From a virus, in the UHGV virus genome UHGV-0144531: DNA of 33,245 nt, one strand, 5' to 3'. Positions 8,569 through 16,500 of this stretch are shown piece by piece; position 1 is the stretch's first letter; every line of letters begins with the position of its first letter. The notes beneath the pieces were generated by a model that made no database searches, was not told the DNA's origin, and saw only the letters and a list, made by a program, of their open reading frames with translations. Made by a program: the position numbers and the translations under genes.

Positions 8569-8637
8569 GATCACATAATGGCGCTTTACGCCTTGTTTGT
8601 GTGTATCCATTTTGTATACTTCAAGCAAACAAAATGC
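8569..8637. promoter_or_regulatory. Recurrent motif cluster: GATCACATAA plus CCATTTTGTATA and AACAAAATGC
   Basis: Intergenic, upstream of the ninG operon; gatcacataa 8569-8578, ccattttgtata 8607-8618, aacaaaatgc 8628-8637. Confidence 0.45.
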
Positions 8638-8696
8638 TCTTTAAAAATCCGGTAACGCTGAAATGCGTAGAAATCACCTGAAAAGGAGAGAGCATT

Positions 8697-8873
8697 ATGT
8701 CTTTTAATGATTACCAATGGCATGACGACTATGAACGAGAAAGCGTCATGCGTGCAATGTGCAATGTATGCAGCACGAAGAAAGGAGGCTGTAACGAGTG
8801 CGACGAATGCTTAGAACATTGGCTAAGGGCAGGGCACGCCGAAAGGCTGAACGAAACAGAGAATCAAAAATAA
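8697..8873 (+). CDS. Small Cys-rich protein (58 aa), putative zinc ribbon
   Basis: CxxC...CxxCxxC pattern (CNVCSTKKGGCNECDEC); strong RBS aaaaggagagagcattATG. Confidence 0.4.
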   Translation: MSFNDYQWHDDYERESVMRAMCNVCSTKKGGCNECDECLEHWLRAGHAERLNETENQK

Positions 8874-8887
8874 TAGGGGTGGTTTTT

Positions 8888-9493
8888 ATGCAGAACCCTA
8901 AAAAACCAATAAGACGCCGTTGCAAATGCTGCGGCGTTTTTTTTGAGCCTAAATATCACAACCAGACGTGGTGCAGTGACGAATGTCTGGAAGAGTTGAA
9001 ATTTGATCAGCTATGCCGCGACCGTGAGAAGGCTATGAAGGCTATGGAACGGAAGAAACGCCGTGATAGCCAGCGGGAAGAACGAAACCGGAAGCGGAAG
9101 CAGTTAAATCCGCGTAGCTACTGGATTAAACAGGCGCAAAACGTTTTTAACGCTTATATACGCGAGCGTGACGCGCGATTGCCGTGTATATCTTGCGGGA
9201 CTTACTACGGTGAGCAATGCGGGTGGGATGCGGGCCATTACAGGACGGTAGCCGCCGCCGGACACCTTCGCTTTAACGAGGATAATTGCCATAAACAATG
9301 CAGACACTGCAACCAGACATTAGACGGAAACATCGGAGGGTATCGCCCTGCGCTGATTCGAAAAATTGGCCTCGCAATGGTGGTTGCGCTGGAGAACAAC
9401 AACGATACACACAAATGGACGATCGCAGAATGTAAGGAGCTAATAAACATCTATCAGGCGAAATTGGACGCCTTAAGGAGAAAGGCAGCATGA
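8888..9493 (+). CDS. ninG: NinG/Rap-family recombination protein
   Basis: Conserved Cys/His clusters (CKCCG..W..C, CISCG, H...NCHKQCRHCN) as in lambda NinG; ATG 8888 with AGGGGTGG RBS. Confidence 0.8.
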   Translation: MQNPKKPIRRRCKCCGVFFEPKYHNQTWCSDECLEELKFDQLCRDREKAMKAMERKKRRDSQREERNRKRKQLNPRSYWIKQAQNVFNAYIRERDARLPCISCGTYYGEQCGWDAGHYRTVAAAGHLRFNEDNCHKQCRHCNQTLDGNIGGYRPALIRKIGLAMVVALENNNDTHKWTIAECKELINIYQAKLDALRRKAA

Positions 9494-9897
9494 ATGAATA
9501 TACCTTTAGCCTGCCTTACCCGCCATCGAATAACCGCTATTACCGACATTCACGGGGTTTTCACTATATCAGCGAAGTGGGGAAGGAATACCGGGAACAA
9601 GTAAAAGACATCATCGAATTATTAAATCTAGACATTAACCTGTCTTGCCGACTGGCAATCGCCATTTATGCCGCGCCGCCTGATAACCGGACCAGGGATC
9701 TTGATAATATCCCTAAATGCCTATTTGACAGCCTTACTTATGCCGGATTTTGGAAAGATGATGGACAAATTGACTCAATAAAAATTGTCCGCTGCCGGAA
9801 GGTAAAAGGCGGACGCTTGTTTATTAAGATCCGCGAACGCGGCGACCTACTACCGGATATTGACGAATACGCGACTAATATGTGGGGTGAGCAATGA
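9490..9897 (+). CDS. rusA: RusA-family Holliday junction resolvase
   Basis: LPYPPSNNRYY start, RTRDLDN and DDGQIDS acidic catalytic motifs. Confidence 0.85.
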   Translation: MNEYTFSLPYPPSNNRYYRHSRGFHYISEVGKEYREQVKDIIELLNLDINLSCRLAIAIYAAPPDNRTRDLDNIPKCLFDSLTYAGFWKDDGQIDSIKIVRCRKVKGGRLFIKIRERGDLLPDIDEYATNMWGEQ

Positions 9898-10076
9898 AAA
9901 ACGAAGTTAAAGATCTGCAAATAGATATTCAGCGCGATGAGCATGATTTAGCTACAGTCCGACAAATCCAGGCTTTTCACATGCGAGAATTACTTGCACT
10001 GAAAGAGTTTGAAAGAAAGCTAGTGCAATCAATATCTGATCGCAAAAGACTGGTTGCACGTTACGGGGGTAAATAA
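9894..10076 (+). CDS. Hypothetical protein (60 aa)
   Basis: ORF translationally coupled between rusA and Q. Confidence 0.45.
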   Translation: MKNEVKDLQIDIQRDEHDLATVRQIQAFHMRELLALKEFERKLVQSISDRKRLVARYGGK

Positions 10077-10798
10077 TGAATTTGGAATCTATTCTTAAAT
10101 TCCACCTCCCAAAATCACCGCGTTTGTCAGATGAAAGCCGGGGCACGTCCCCAGACTCGCTTAATACTACTGATGCACTAACCGCAGCAGGTATGGCGCA
10201 ATCGCGCGTAGAGCTTGGTTATAGCGCTTTTTTAGGGAAGATGGAATTATCGCAAGCCGAAAAACACAGGGCCGTAGTTTTGCTTACAGAGCGTTTAAGA
10301 GCTATGGCAAAAGATTACGAATACGTCATGGAGCTGGACGAGGACAAACGCAATGATCTTATTATTCTTGTTGCCGTTTTCGCGTTTCGGGATTACTGCC
10401 AGAGTGCCGCGACAGAAAAAACTTGTATGGATTGCGGCGGATATAAATTTACGTTTGACGACTACGGAGAAAAACACCTTTGCAAAAAATGCAAGGGGCA
10501 TGGAAAAGTTCGCAATCATTGTAAACGATGCAAAGGGCGCGGCGAGATACCGGATAAAGCAGCCAGTGAAGCAGCGGAAATGCCAGTGTTCAAAACGTGC
10601 CAGCATTGCGGCGGGCGCGGGTACTCGCGTTTCCCTGTAGATCTTGTCCGGCGTGCGGTTAATCAGCTTGTATTTCCGGTAAGCCGATCAACGTGGTGGA
10701 AGAAATACCGTGCTTTCTATGAAGACGCCATTGCTGAATTGTTCAAAGAAGAGGCGCAGGCTGATAACGAAATTAAACGAGTGACACGGGGTGAATAA
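10076..10798 (+). CDS. Q: Lambda-type late antiterminator Q
   Basis: N-terminus (LESILKFHLPKSPRLSD..AAGMAQS), zinc-finger cysteines and C-terminus (HKEE..ADNEI) align with lambda Q as I recall it. Confidence 0.9.
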   Translation: MNLESILKFHLPKSPRLSDESRGTSPDSLNTTDALTAAGMAQSRVELGYSAFLGKMELSQAEKHRAVVLLTERLRAMAKDYEYVMELDEDKRNDLIILVAVFAFRDYCQSAATEKTCMDCGGYKFTFDDYGEKHLCKKCKGHGKVRNHCKRCKGRGEIPDKAASEAAEMPVFKTCQHCGGRGYSRFPVDLVRRAVNQLVFPVSRSTWWKKYRAFYEDAIAELFKEEAQADNEIKRVTRGE

Positions 10799-10998
10799 TG
10801 AAACAACAAGAGATAAACATGAAAAAAGTGATTATTCTTTTTGAAGATTATAACGGTGATGCATGGTGCAAGTATTTAAGCGGTGTTGAAGCACGGTTGG
10901 CGCTAACGTTTATTGCCGCACTGGATGAAGGGGATTTTAACGCTATTCCGGTTAAGCCAGTAGAAATCTATCGTCGCGAGGTGAAGGATGAAGCCTAA
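10798..10998 (+). CDS. Hypothetical protein (66 aa)
   Basis: ORF; ATG overlaps the Q stop (TAATG). Confidence 0.45.
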   Translation: MKQQEINMKKVIILFEDYNGDAWCKYLSGVEARLALTFIAALDEGDFNAIPVKPVEIYRREVKDEA

Positions 10999-11257
10999 AT
11001 TAAAAGAACATCTATTCGCAAAGCTGGTTAATAATCTGACATTAACGGCGCGTGTGTGCAGTGATACGCAACAATTAGGGTCGTGGATAGTAAGGGATTT
11101 AAGAAAATACATCGAGCCAGGCGGGCCAGGTGACGAGATGACTATGGACAAGGCCATCAAGCGCCGTTCGGCTGATTGGTCAGTAAGTAACACAGGATTA
11201 ACCGGATACATCGAAGGCTACAACGACTGCTTACAGGATCATAGCGATGGCAAGTAA
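10988..11257 (+). CDS. Hypothetical protein (89 aa)
   Basis: ORF in co-directional string. Confidence 0.45.
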   Translation: MKPKLKEHLFAKLVNNLTLTARVCSDTQQLGSWIVRDLRKYIEPGGPGDEMTMDKAIKRRSADWSVSNTGLTGYIEGYNDCLQDHSDGK

Positions 11258-11555
11258 AGACCTACACTTGAACCTGAAAGGGGAATATTTCCACGCCATC
11301 CGGGCGGGAAAGAAGGTGGAGGAATACCGACTTTATAATGAATACTGGCGTAAACGCCTGGAGGGGCGGGAATATGAACGCCTGATCATTAAGCTGTGGT
11401 ATCCAGCCAGCCACGAAGCGCACCGGAACATAAACCTGCCTTATTTCGGGTACGAAGTAAAAACTATCACGCATCCATTATTCGGCCCTGATCCTGTTAA
11501 GGTATTCGCAATTAAATGTGATGTGAATTGGATGTTAAGGTGGGGGGAGCAATGA
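11247..11555 (+). CDS. Hypothetical protein, possibly ASCH/PUA-like
   Basis: N-terminal LHLNLKGEYFHAIRAGKKVEEYR resembles ASCH/DUF3850-type cores; from memory only. Confidence 0.4.
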   Translation: MASKDLHLNLKGEYFHAIRAGKKVEEYRLYNEYWRKRLEGREYERLIIKLWYPASHEAHRNINLPYFGYEVKTITHPLFGPDPVKVFAIKCDVNWMLRWGEQ

Positions 11556-11767
11556 AAAAAGCTGGCCTATCAATTAGCCGTGTATTGTGCGGTGACGAAA
11601 ACGAGATCCGCATAGAAATTAAATTTAGCACAGGTAAAGAGATAATCCTTTACACGACACCTGAAAACCTGACGCTGGCGCTTACTGGTAAATCTGAAAC
11701 GCCGTGCGACGTCCGGTTGCGCAATATTGAAATTAAGGAATTAAGGAAGGTGAAAGATGAAAAGTAG
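11552..11767 (+). CDS. Hypothetical protein (71 aa)
   Basis: ATG 11552 preceded by GGGGGGAG RBS; track start 11528 would overlap upstream gene. Confidence 0.4.
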   Translation: MKKAGLSISRVLCGDENEIRIEIKFSTGKEIILYTTPENLTLALTGKSETPCDVRLRNIEIKELRKVKDEK

Positions 11768-11957
11768 AATGAAACGCATGGTAAGAGCTTACGATAAGGC
11801 TTTAATGGTTTTTGATGATTTGCGACGCAATAAGCGTGAGCGTCGTAAATGGGCGCGTTTATTCGCGAAAGAATGGCACGAAGACGATGCGACAATCGAC
11901 TGTCAAAAAGACGCTGACGAATTAGCTGACGATAACGTTTATTATATGATGTGGTGA
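11757..11957 (+). CDS. Hypothetical protein (66 aa)
   Basis: ORF in co-directional string. Confidence 0.4.
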   Translation: MKSRMKRMVRAYDKALMVFDDLRRNKRERRKWARLFAKEWHEDDATIDCQKDADELADDNVYYMMW

Positions 11958-11961
11958 CAAC

Positions 11962-12327
11962 ATGCAAATAATCATTGATTACCTTTGCCATGCAGCAAAT
12001 ACACTTTTCGGTTTTTATCAACAACCTTTCCTTAAAGAGTGGGATTCGATGTTAAACGATATCCTCGACAAAGGATTAATAATGGAGGTTGACGAGCTTA
12101 CAATCAAAATTAATTATGAAGGTGAAGAATATCAAATTTGGGTGGGTAATAGATGGTATTCATACGGTCATATTTATTCAATTGGTGGTAAGTTCATTAA
12201 AAGAAACCAGGAATTCAGACCGCGCTTCCGCACAATGCGCCGACTACATAACCTGCATATGAATCTATTTGAAGACCAGGAAGCACGGGAACTATTCAAG
12301 ATCTACGGAGATAAATCATGGAGCTAA
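11962..12327 (+). CDS. Hypothetical protein (121 aa)
   Basis: ORF; AT-rich by eye. Confidence 0.45.
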   Translation: MQIIIDYLCHAANTLFGFYQQPFLKEWDSMLNDILDKGLIMEVDELTIKINYEGEEYQIWVGNRWYSYGHIYSIGGKFIKRNQEFRPRFRTMRRLHNLHMNLFEDQEARELFKIYGDKSWS

Positions 12328-12548
12328 AAATCTGGCAGGCTATCGACGTAGTTGATAATGAGTTAAGTATGTTTGCCACTGACGGAAAGCGCGCGGTGAT
12401 CGCCACATGGACGCGTAACCATGATGATATCGCTTTTCGTCGCAAGGCTGCGGAGTGGCTTTTCTCTGATGGCGGCTACACGATGAACATCGCCCAGCTT
12501 GCCAGAATGAAGGATGAAAAGCTGGTAGACAGCTACACAACTGCATAG
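12318..12548 (+). CDS. Hypothetical protein (76 aa)
   Basis: ORF in co-directional string. Confidence 0.45.
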   Translation: MELKIWQAIDVVDNELSMFATDGKRAVIATWTRNHDDIAFRRKAAEWLFSDGGYTMNIAQLARMKDEKLVDSYTTA

Positions 12549-12558
12549 CGGGGTAAAT

Positions 12559-12792
12559 ATGCGTATCTATGAACACAAGCGGGATAAAACCCGCTTTTTT
12601 GTTCGTGCTGGCGTGGCGTACCAGTATCACGAATGTGGATATATTGAGGCGCTTGCTTACGACCTGGATTTCGAACAAGAAAAAGAATGGTTTGACTTTA
12701 AGATTTACCGGAAGCGCAAGCCAACGCGCGACGAGCGCCACGCTATCCGTGATTTTCTAATCAGCATTGACCGCTGGGAGGCAGAAGAATGA
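12559..12792 (+). CDS. Hypothetical protein (77 aa)
   Basis: ORF in co-directional string. Confidence 0.45.
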   Translation: MRIYEHKRDKTRFFVRAGVAYQYHECGYIEALAYDLDFEQEKEWFDFKIYRKRKPTRDERHAIRDFLISIDRWEAEE

Positions 12793-13082
12793 GAACGAAG
12801 AAAGTGGCAGATCAGAAAGCGTTAGTTATCGCTACAACGGACGTATCGTTATTCACGAAGGGCGAAGAAATAGATCTTAAATTGCTTTTCGGTATGTTTG
12901 AGCCACACGAAAAGCCGTGGTTTGTTCATGAAGACAAACAAGGCAATATGCGCGTAGTAGTGCCGGACAAAAACAGCGACATATTTTTTGCTATTCCAGA
13001 CCCGTTGCATGACGGAGAAATGCTGGCGGTATTGCTTATCGCTGATGCTGTTACTTACAAGGGAAAGAAATATGAAAGTTAA
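12789..13082 (+). CDS. Hypothetical protein (97 aa)
   Basis: ORF in co-directional string. Confidence 0.45.
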   Translation: MRTKKVADQKALVIATTDVSLFTKGEEIDLKLLFGMFEPHEKPWFVHEDKQGNMRVVVPDKNSDIFFAIPDPLHDGEMLAVLLIADAVTYKGKKYES

Positions 13083-13299
13083 ATTCTTGCACGATCACGG
13101 CTACCCGTCATTGAAACAGGTTGTTGGTAAGGTCGTTAATGTCGTTCATAGCGATGAGATTACTTGCATGATTAATGGTGCTGATCTCATTGCCGCTGGT
13201 GCTGATGACCATTACATAAATCCGGCATGGTCGTATACGTTCAGCCTGGGCGACTTCGTTGGCGATAAGGGACGCGGGCTGGAAGTAGTCGAGGGTTAA
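13072..13299 (+). CDS. Hypothetical protein (75 aa)
   Basis: ATG 13072 (MKVKFLHDHG); the longer track ORF from 12988 overlaps the upstream gene. Confidence 0.4.
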   Translation: MKVKFLHDHGYPSLKQVVGKVVNVVHSDEITCMINGADLIAAGADDHYINPAWSYTFSLGDFVGDKGRGLEVVEG

Positions 13300-13303
13300 T
13301 ATT

Positions 13304-13552
13304 ATGGACGTTTACGAGGATGTTTGCCTGGCACCTTCATCTTATAGCTTTTATTTTCTGATAAATGGAAAGGCTTATAGATGCGATTCTGACGGGGTGA
13401 GAGAAGAAAAGCTGTTTTGCACTAAAGGATACCTGGATGATTTGGTTTTTGCCGGGATATTTCGTAAACGCCCGGCTAACCTGGAAGAAGAAATGCTGAT
13501 CGAGGTAATTAAAAATGAAAATCAAGGTAAGTTATTTCCGGGCGAAAGATAA
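13304..13552 (+). CDS. Hypothetical protein (82 aa)
   Basis: ORF in co-directional string. Confidence 0.4.
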   Translation: MDVYEDVCLAPSSYSFYFLINGKAYRCDSDGVREEKLFCTKGYLDDLVFAGIFRKRPANLEEEMLIEVIKNENQGKLFPGER

Positions 13553-13766
13553 GGCAACTGGAAAGCGGATGGCGATCCTGGTTAACGAGGCAGGATATAT
13601 GTTTGTCCTGTACCCGTGGTGCATAGCTAGCCATAACGATTATTATCGCCGTCACGCTGCGCGGAGTGCGGTAGGGATGAAGGGTTGGCAACCTCGCGAC
13701 ATGGAAAACTATTGTGAATGGAAATTAGTGGCAAAATACACGGTCGATTATAAAGGGGTTTTCTGA
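13515..13766 (+). CDS. Hypothetical protein (83 aa)
   Basis: ORF in co-directional string. Confidence 0.4.
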   Translation: MKIKVSYFRAKDKATGKRMAILVNEAGYMFVLYPWCIASHNDYYRRHAARSAVGMKGWQPRDMENYCEWKLVAKYTVDYKGVF

Positions 13767-13978
13767 TGCAAGTTAAATGCTCATACTCAAGCAATGACAG
13801 TGTTTTCACGATTGGGAGTATTTATGACGTTCACATCGTTTATGGCAATGAAGCACACACAATGAGTAATTGCCTTGCCTTGATTGATAATCATGACGAA
13901 ATATGGGTATTCAGGCCGAGCTATGAAGGCGGTGAAATATCCGGTGTAGGTTTTGCTGCCAGCTTTGAACGTTATTAA
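13766..13978 (+). CDS. Small protein, paralog family member A (70 aa)
   Basis: Shares C.YS...F..G.IY.V and D..G..W.F motifs with the next three ORFs. Confidence 0.45.
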   Translation: MQVKCSYSSNDSVFTIGSIYDVHIVYGNEAHTMSNCLALIDNHDEIWVFRPSYEGGEISGVGFAASFERY

Positions 13979-13988
13979 AGGGGCAACA

Positions 13989-14246
13989 ATGAAACATTTA
14001 TATTTTGAGGTATTGCAGACGCGCGACCGCAATATTTTTGAAGAAGGGAAGATCTATTGCGGCGTTCAACTCCACGGCGCACCGGGCGGTGATGGTGCAA
14101 TGGCGATAACTGGCGATGATGATAAAGTTTATTTCGCTTATGTTAGCCATATCAATAACGCCGCTGGTTTGTATATTTATCGCATAGTGCATGATTTCCG
14201 TGAGATCGCGGAGTTTTGCGCCCGCGAAGGCAGTAAACCGGAATAA
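13989..14246 (+). CDS. Small protein, paralog family member B (85 aa)
   Basis: ATG 13989 with AAAGGGG RBS; FEEGKIYCGV and GDDDKVYFAY motifs. Confidence 0.45.
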   Translation: MKHLYFEVLQTRDRNIFEEGKIYCGVQLHGAPGGDGAMAITGDDDKVYFAYVSHINNAAGLYIYRIVHDFREIAEFCAREGSKPE

Positions 14247-14256
14247 GTGAGGTGCT

Positions 14257-14496
14257 ATGAATCGGAAACATAGATACCAGTGCACATACTCACGATGCAG
14301 CGCGTTTTTTAAGAATGGCAAGATCTACGAGGTTGACGCGGCATTGGTTGACGCAAAGGATCAGGAATATATTCATGCCATTACTGACGACCAGGGGCAG
14401 TTATGGCGATTTTATAAGATGGGTTGTGGCACGGCGCTTGTTTATGCGCGTGCTGGTGGTGGTGCTTTTGCTGCGTTTTCGTATGTAGGGGTATGA
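14257..14496 (+). CDS. Small protein, paralog family member C (79 aa)
   Basis: CTYSRCSAFFKNGKIYEVDA and TDDQGQLWRFY motifs. Confidence 0.45.
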   Translation: MNRKHRYQCTYSRCSAFFKNGKIYEVDAALVDAKDQEYIHAITDDQGQLWRFYKMGCGTALVYARAGGGAFAAFSYVGV

Positions 14497-14717
14497 AAAT
14501 GATTTTAACGTGTAACGAATCGAAATTGGGCTGTTTTGAGGAAGGCGTACAGTACACGGCTGAAAAACCGATGGGATTGTCTCCTAAATTTCCGTTTATC
14601 GTCGTGACTGACACTTACGGTCACTTATGGTATGCAGGGCCGCTAGGCGGTATTGGTCGTTATGTTGTCCGTAGTTCGGATGGGGCGATGAAGGTTACTT
14701 TTACGGAAGAAGCATAA
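14493..14717 (+). CDS. Small protein, paralog family member D (74 aa)
   Basis: ATG 14493 with AGGGG RBS; LTCNESKLGCFEEGVQYTAE and TDTYGHLWYAG motifs. Confidence 0.45.
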   Translation: MKMILTCNESKLGCFEEGVQYTAEKPMGLSPKFPFIVVTDTYGHLWYAGPLGGIGRYVVRSSDGAMKVTFTEEA

Positions 14718-14777
14718 ATGTGATCTACCCTTCAAAGTTTACAAAATGGCATTGTTCTGGTGGCGCCATTTTGTTAT
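14714..14777. promoter_or_regulatory. Palindromic element TTTACAAAATGG-N16-CCATTTTGTTAT with adjacent GATCACATTT (reverse orientation)
   Basis: Intergenic; aaatgtgatc 14716-14725; tttacaaaatgg 14738-14749; ccattttgttat 14766-14777; TATAAA-like -10 inside the right arm. Confidence 0.5.
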
Positions 14778-14815
14778 AAAGAAGCTGAAGAGAGAACGAT
14801 GCGGAGGGTAGAAAA

Positions 14816-15088
14816 ATGAAACGCTGGATTAACGAAGAAACAAAAGCCCGCTTCAATGCAATTTGGGATCTGATTGAAAAAGAGGACGGCGTTTCTAGTC
14901 CCTACCTGAACAATCTTGAGTTCCACTATGTAGAAGCGATGAACGCAGAGCATGACCACCAAGTCGGTGCTGATGAATTCGCCAAAAAATACGGCTTCGA
15001 TGATGCAAACCATATGATTAACAACGTGGTGATGCAGGCAGAGGAAGACTACGAATGCAAATCACTTGAATTCGCACGTATGGCATAA
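14816..15088 (+). CDS. Hypothetical protein (90 aa)
   Basis: First ORF downstream of the palindromic element. Confidence 0.45.
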   Translation: MKRWINEETKARFNAIWDLIEKEDGVSSPYLNNLEFHYVEAMNAEHDHQVGADEFAKKYGFDDANHMINNVVMQAEEDYECKSLEFARMA

Positions 15089-15098
15089 GGGGGAAACC

Positions 15099-15239
15099 AT
15101 GAACGCTAACGCTAAATATCCGGCCTGGGTTTTCGAACTGTACGCAAGATACTTTGAATTACTGGCACAAGGTGAAGAAGCATTAAGCATTGACGAGTAC
15201 GCGGAGTGCTTAGGGTTTAAAGGAGGCGAAGAAGCATAA
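15099..15239 (+). CDS. Small hypothetical protein (46 aa)
   Basis: ATG with AAGGGGG RBS; below ORF-track cutoff. Confidence 0.3.
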   Translation: MNANAKYPAWVFELYARYFELLAQGEEALSIDEYAECLGFKGGEEA

Positions 15240-15282
15240 AACACGGGGCAGGATGGCCCCATCAAATCAGAAGGGTGTAATC

Positions 15283-15582
15283 ATGAAAAGCGCTAAATTT
15301 ATTGCTTGCTGTTTTGTTGAAGTTCCTAACGATGATGTTTTCTGTAATTATGAATTTAAAGACAGCTTAGGCAGATCTCACATTGTTGTTGGCAAACGTG
15401 GTGACTGGTTATATATCACTGATGGAGACAGGATCTTCACTAAAAACCAGTTGTTAATAATAAAGTCAAAAAATGATGAAATACAGGTCGGTATTATGGG
15501 GATCATAAGTTATCACGCCAGTTTATTGTTAAAACACGATGTGGTAAATAAAGCGCGTAGCTTACCTGGTGCTGAATTTTAA
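15283..15582 (+). CDS. Hypothetical protein (99 aa)
   Basis: ATG 15283 with AAGGGTG RBS; visibly AT-rich coding sequence. Confidence 0.45.
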   Translation: MKSAKFIACCFVEVPNDDVFCNYEFKDSLGRSHIVVGKRGDWLYITDGDRIFTKNQLLIIKSKNDEIQVGIMGIISYHASLLLKHDVVNKARSLPGAEF

Positions 15583-15605
15583 TTCCTTACGAAGGAGAAT
15601 AATCA

Positions 15606-15929
15606 ATGTCTAAATTTATCAGTGTTAAAGTTTTCCGTGGATCTTTTCCAGAAGATAAAGAAATTGGACAATTCGCAGGTAAACGCGGCGCATGTTTCCG
15701 TGTGGCTACTGAAGACGACGCGCACGTTAAACGCTTCCACGTATCTGAACCGCCTTTTGACGCAGACCATCTTGAAGACCTGGATAGAATTAAAAGCCTA
15801 GTTTTTGCCTATCTGATGTTCCAGGGTATCGCTGATATGGAAGTGGAATTGCTTGGCGCTGAACTGGTTGCAGAATACAAAATGACTGAAGCAGAAAACA
15901 GAGGGGTTGAAATTGAGCGCATCAAATAA
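15606..15929 (+). CDS. Hypothetical acidic protein (107 aa)
   Basis: ORF with AAGGAG RBS; Asp/Glu-rich. Confidence 0.45.
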   Translation: MSKFISVKVFRGSFPEDKEIGQFAGKRGACFRVATEDDAHVKRFHVSEPPFDADHLEDLDRIKSLVFAYLMFQGIADMEVELLGAELVAEYKMTEAENRGVEIERIK

Positions 15930-16164
15930 GCTGTATAAAGTCAGATGTAAACGCGAATACCCTGGCTTTACGATTGGTTGCGAATATCTGGGCCATATTG
16001 GGTACGGCCCTTTCGGTGAGTTGGGAATGAATACGATTGACGACGACGGCGACAGCAGGACGCTCGATCTTGATACGGATGACTTCGAATATATCCCTCC
16101 AGTTACTTACCGTGCCGTAGATGATTTCCTGGCTGAACAAGAAGATGATGAAGAGGATGATTAA
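15907..16164 (+). CDS. Small protein with highly acidic C-terminal half (85 aa)
   Basis: C-terminal 45 residues roughly 40 percent Asp/Glu, ending DDFLAEQEDDEEDD. Confidence 0.45.
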   Translation: MKLSASNKLYKVRCKREYPGFTIGCEYLGHIGYGPFGELGMNTIDDDGDSRTLDLDTDDFEYIPPVTYRAVDDFLAEQEDDEEDD

Positions 16165-16166
16165 CT

Positions 16167-16307
16167 ATGGATGACGAATACGTTAACAATTTTATTGTTA
16201 TGTTTCTTAGTGAGAACTGGCGCATGTTTGAACATTATTGTTTTGAGCGCGGGGAAAATGCTGAAGAAATCTATCAATATTTAGGCGGGGAGAAAGAGGA
16301 TGATTGA
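16167..16307 (+). CDS. Small hypothetical protein (46 aa)
   Basis: ATG immediately after upstream stop; below ORF-track cutoff. Confidence 0.3.
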   Translation: MDDEYVNNFIVMFLSENWRMFEHYCFERGENAEEIYQYLGGEKEDD

Positions 16308-16500
16308 ATGTCTTATCTTTGCTGTATTTCTCCTTTATATCGCTGGCGCTATCCTGATGTCTTGTTTCATCAAATGTAACGATCTCGATCGTGGTGGCCT
16401 TGAGATTCCTTTCTGGCCTGTAGCGGTGTTTATCGCTTTCTTCGGTGCAACGCTAGTGCAGATTAAGCGAGCCATTAAGGAGCGTAAAAATGGGAAATAG
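16300..16500 (+). CDS. Small membrane protein (66 aa, 2 TM helices)
   Basis: Two hydrophobic segments (LIFAVFLLYIAGAILMSCFI; FWPVAVFIAFFGATLV) and basic C-terminus. Confidence 0.4.
   Translation: MIECLIFAVFLLYIAGAILMSCFIKCNDLDRGGLEIPFWPVAVFIAFFGATLVQIKRAIKERKNGK

Noticed and set aside
12988-13299. N-terminally extended track ORFs (12988-13299, 13953-14246, 14424-14717, 15253-15582, 5019-5294, 21884-23275, 26968-27414)
   Set aside because: The extensions overlap upstream genes or regulatory elements and lack an RBS. Internal ATGs with good RBS spacing were used instead.
14714-14735. CRP (cAMP receptor protein) binding site
   Set aside because: AAATGTGATCTA matches one half of the CRP consensus, and the other GATCACAT elements match the opposite half, but none has a convincing second half-site at the correct spacing. 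Kept only as a conserved GATC element.
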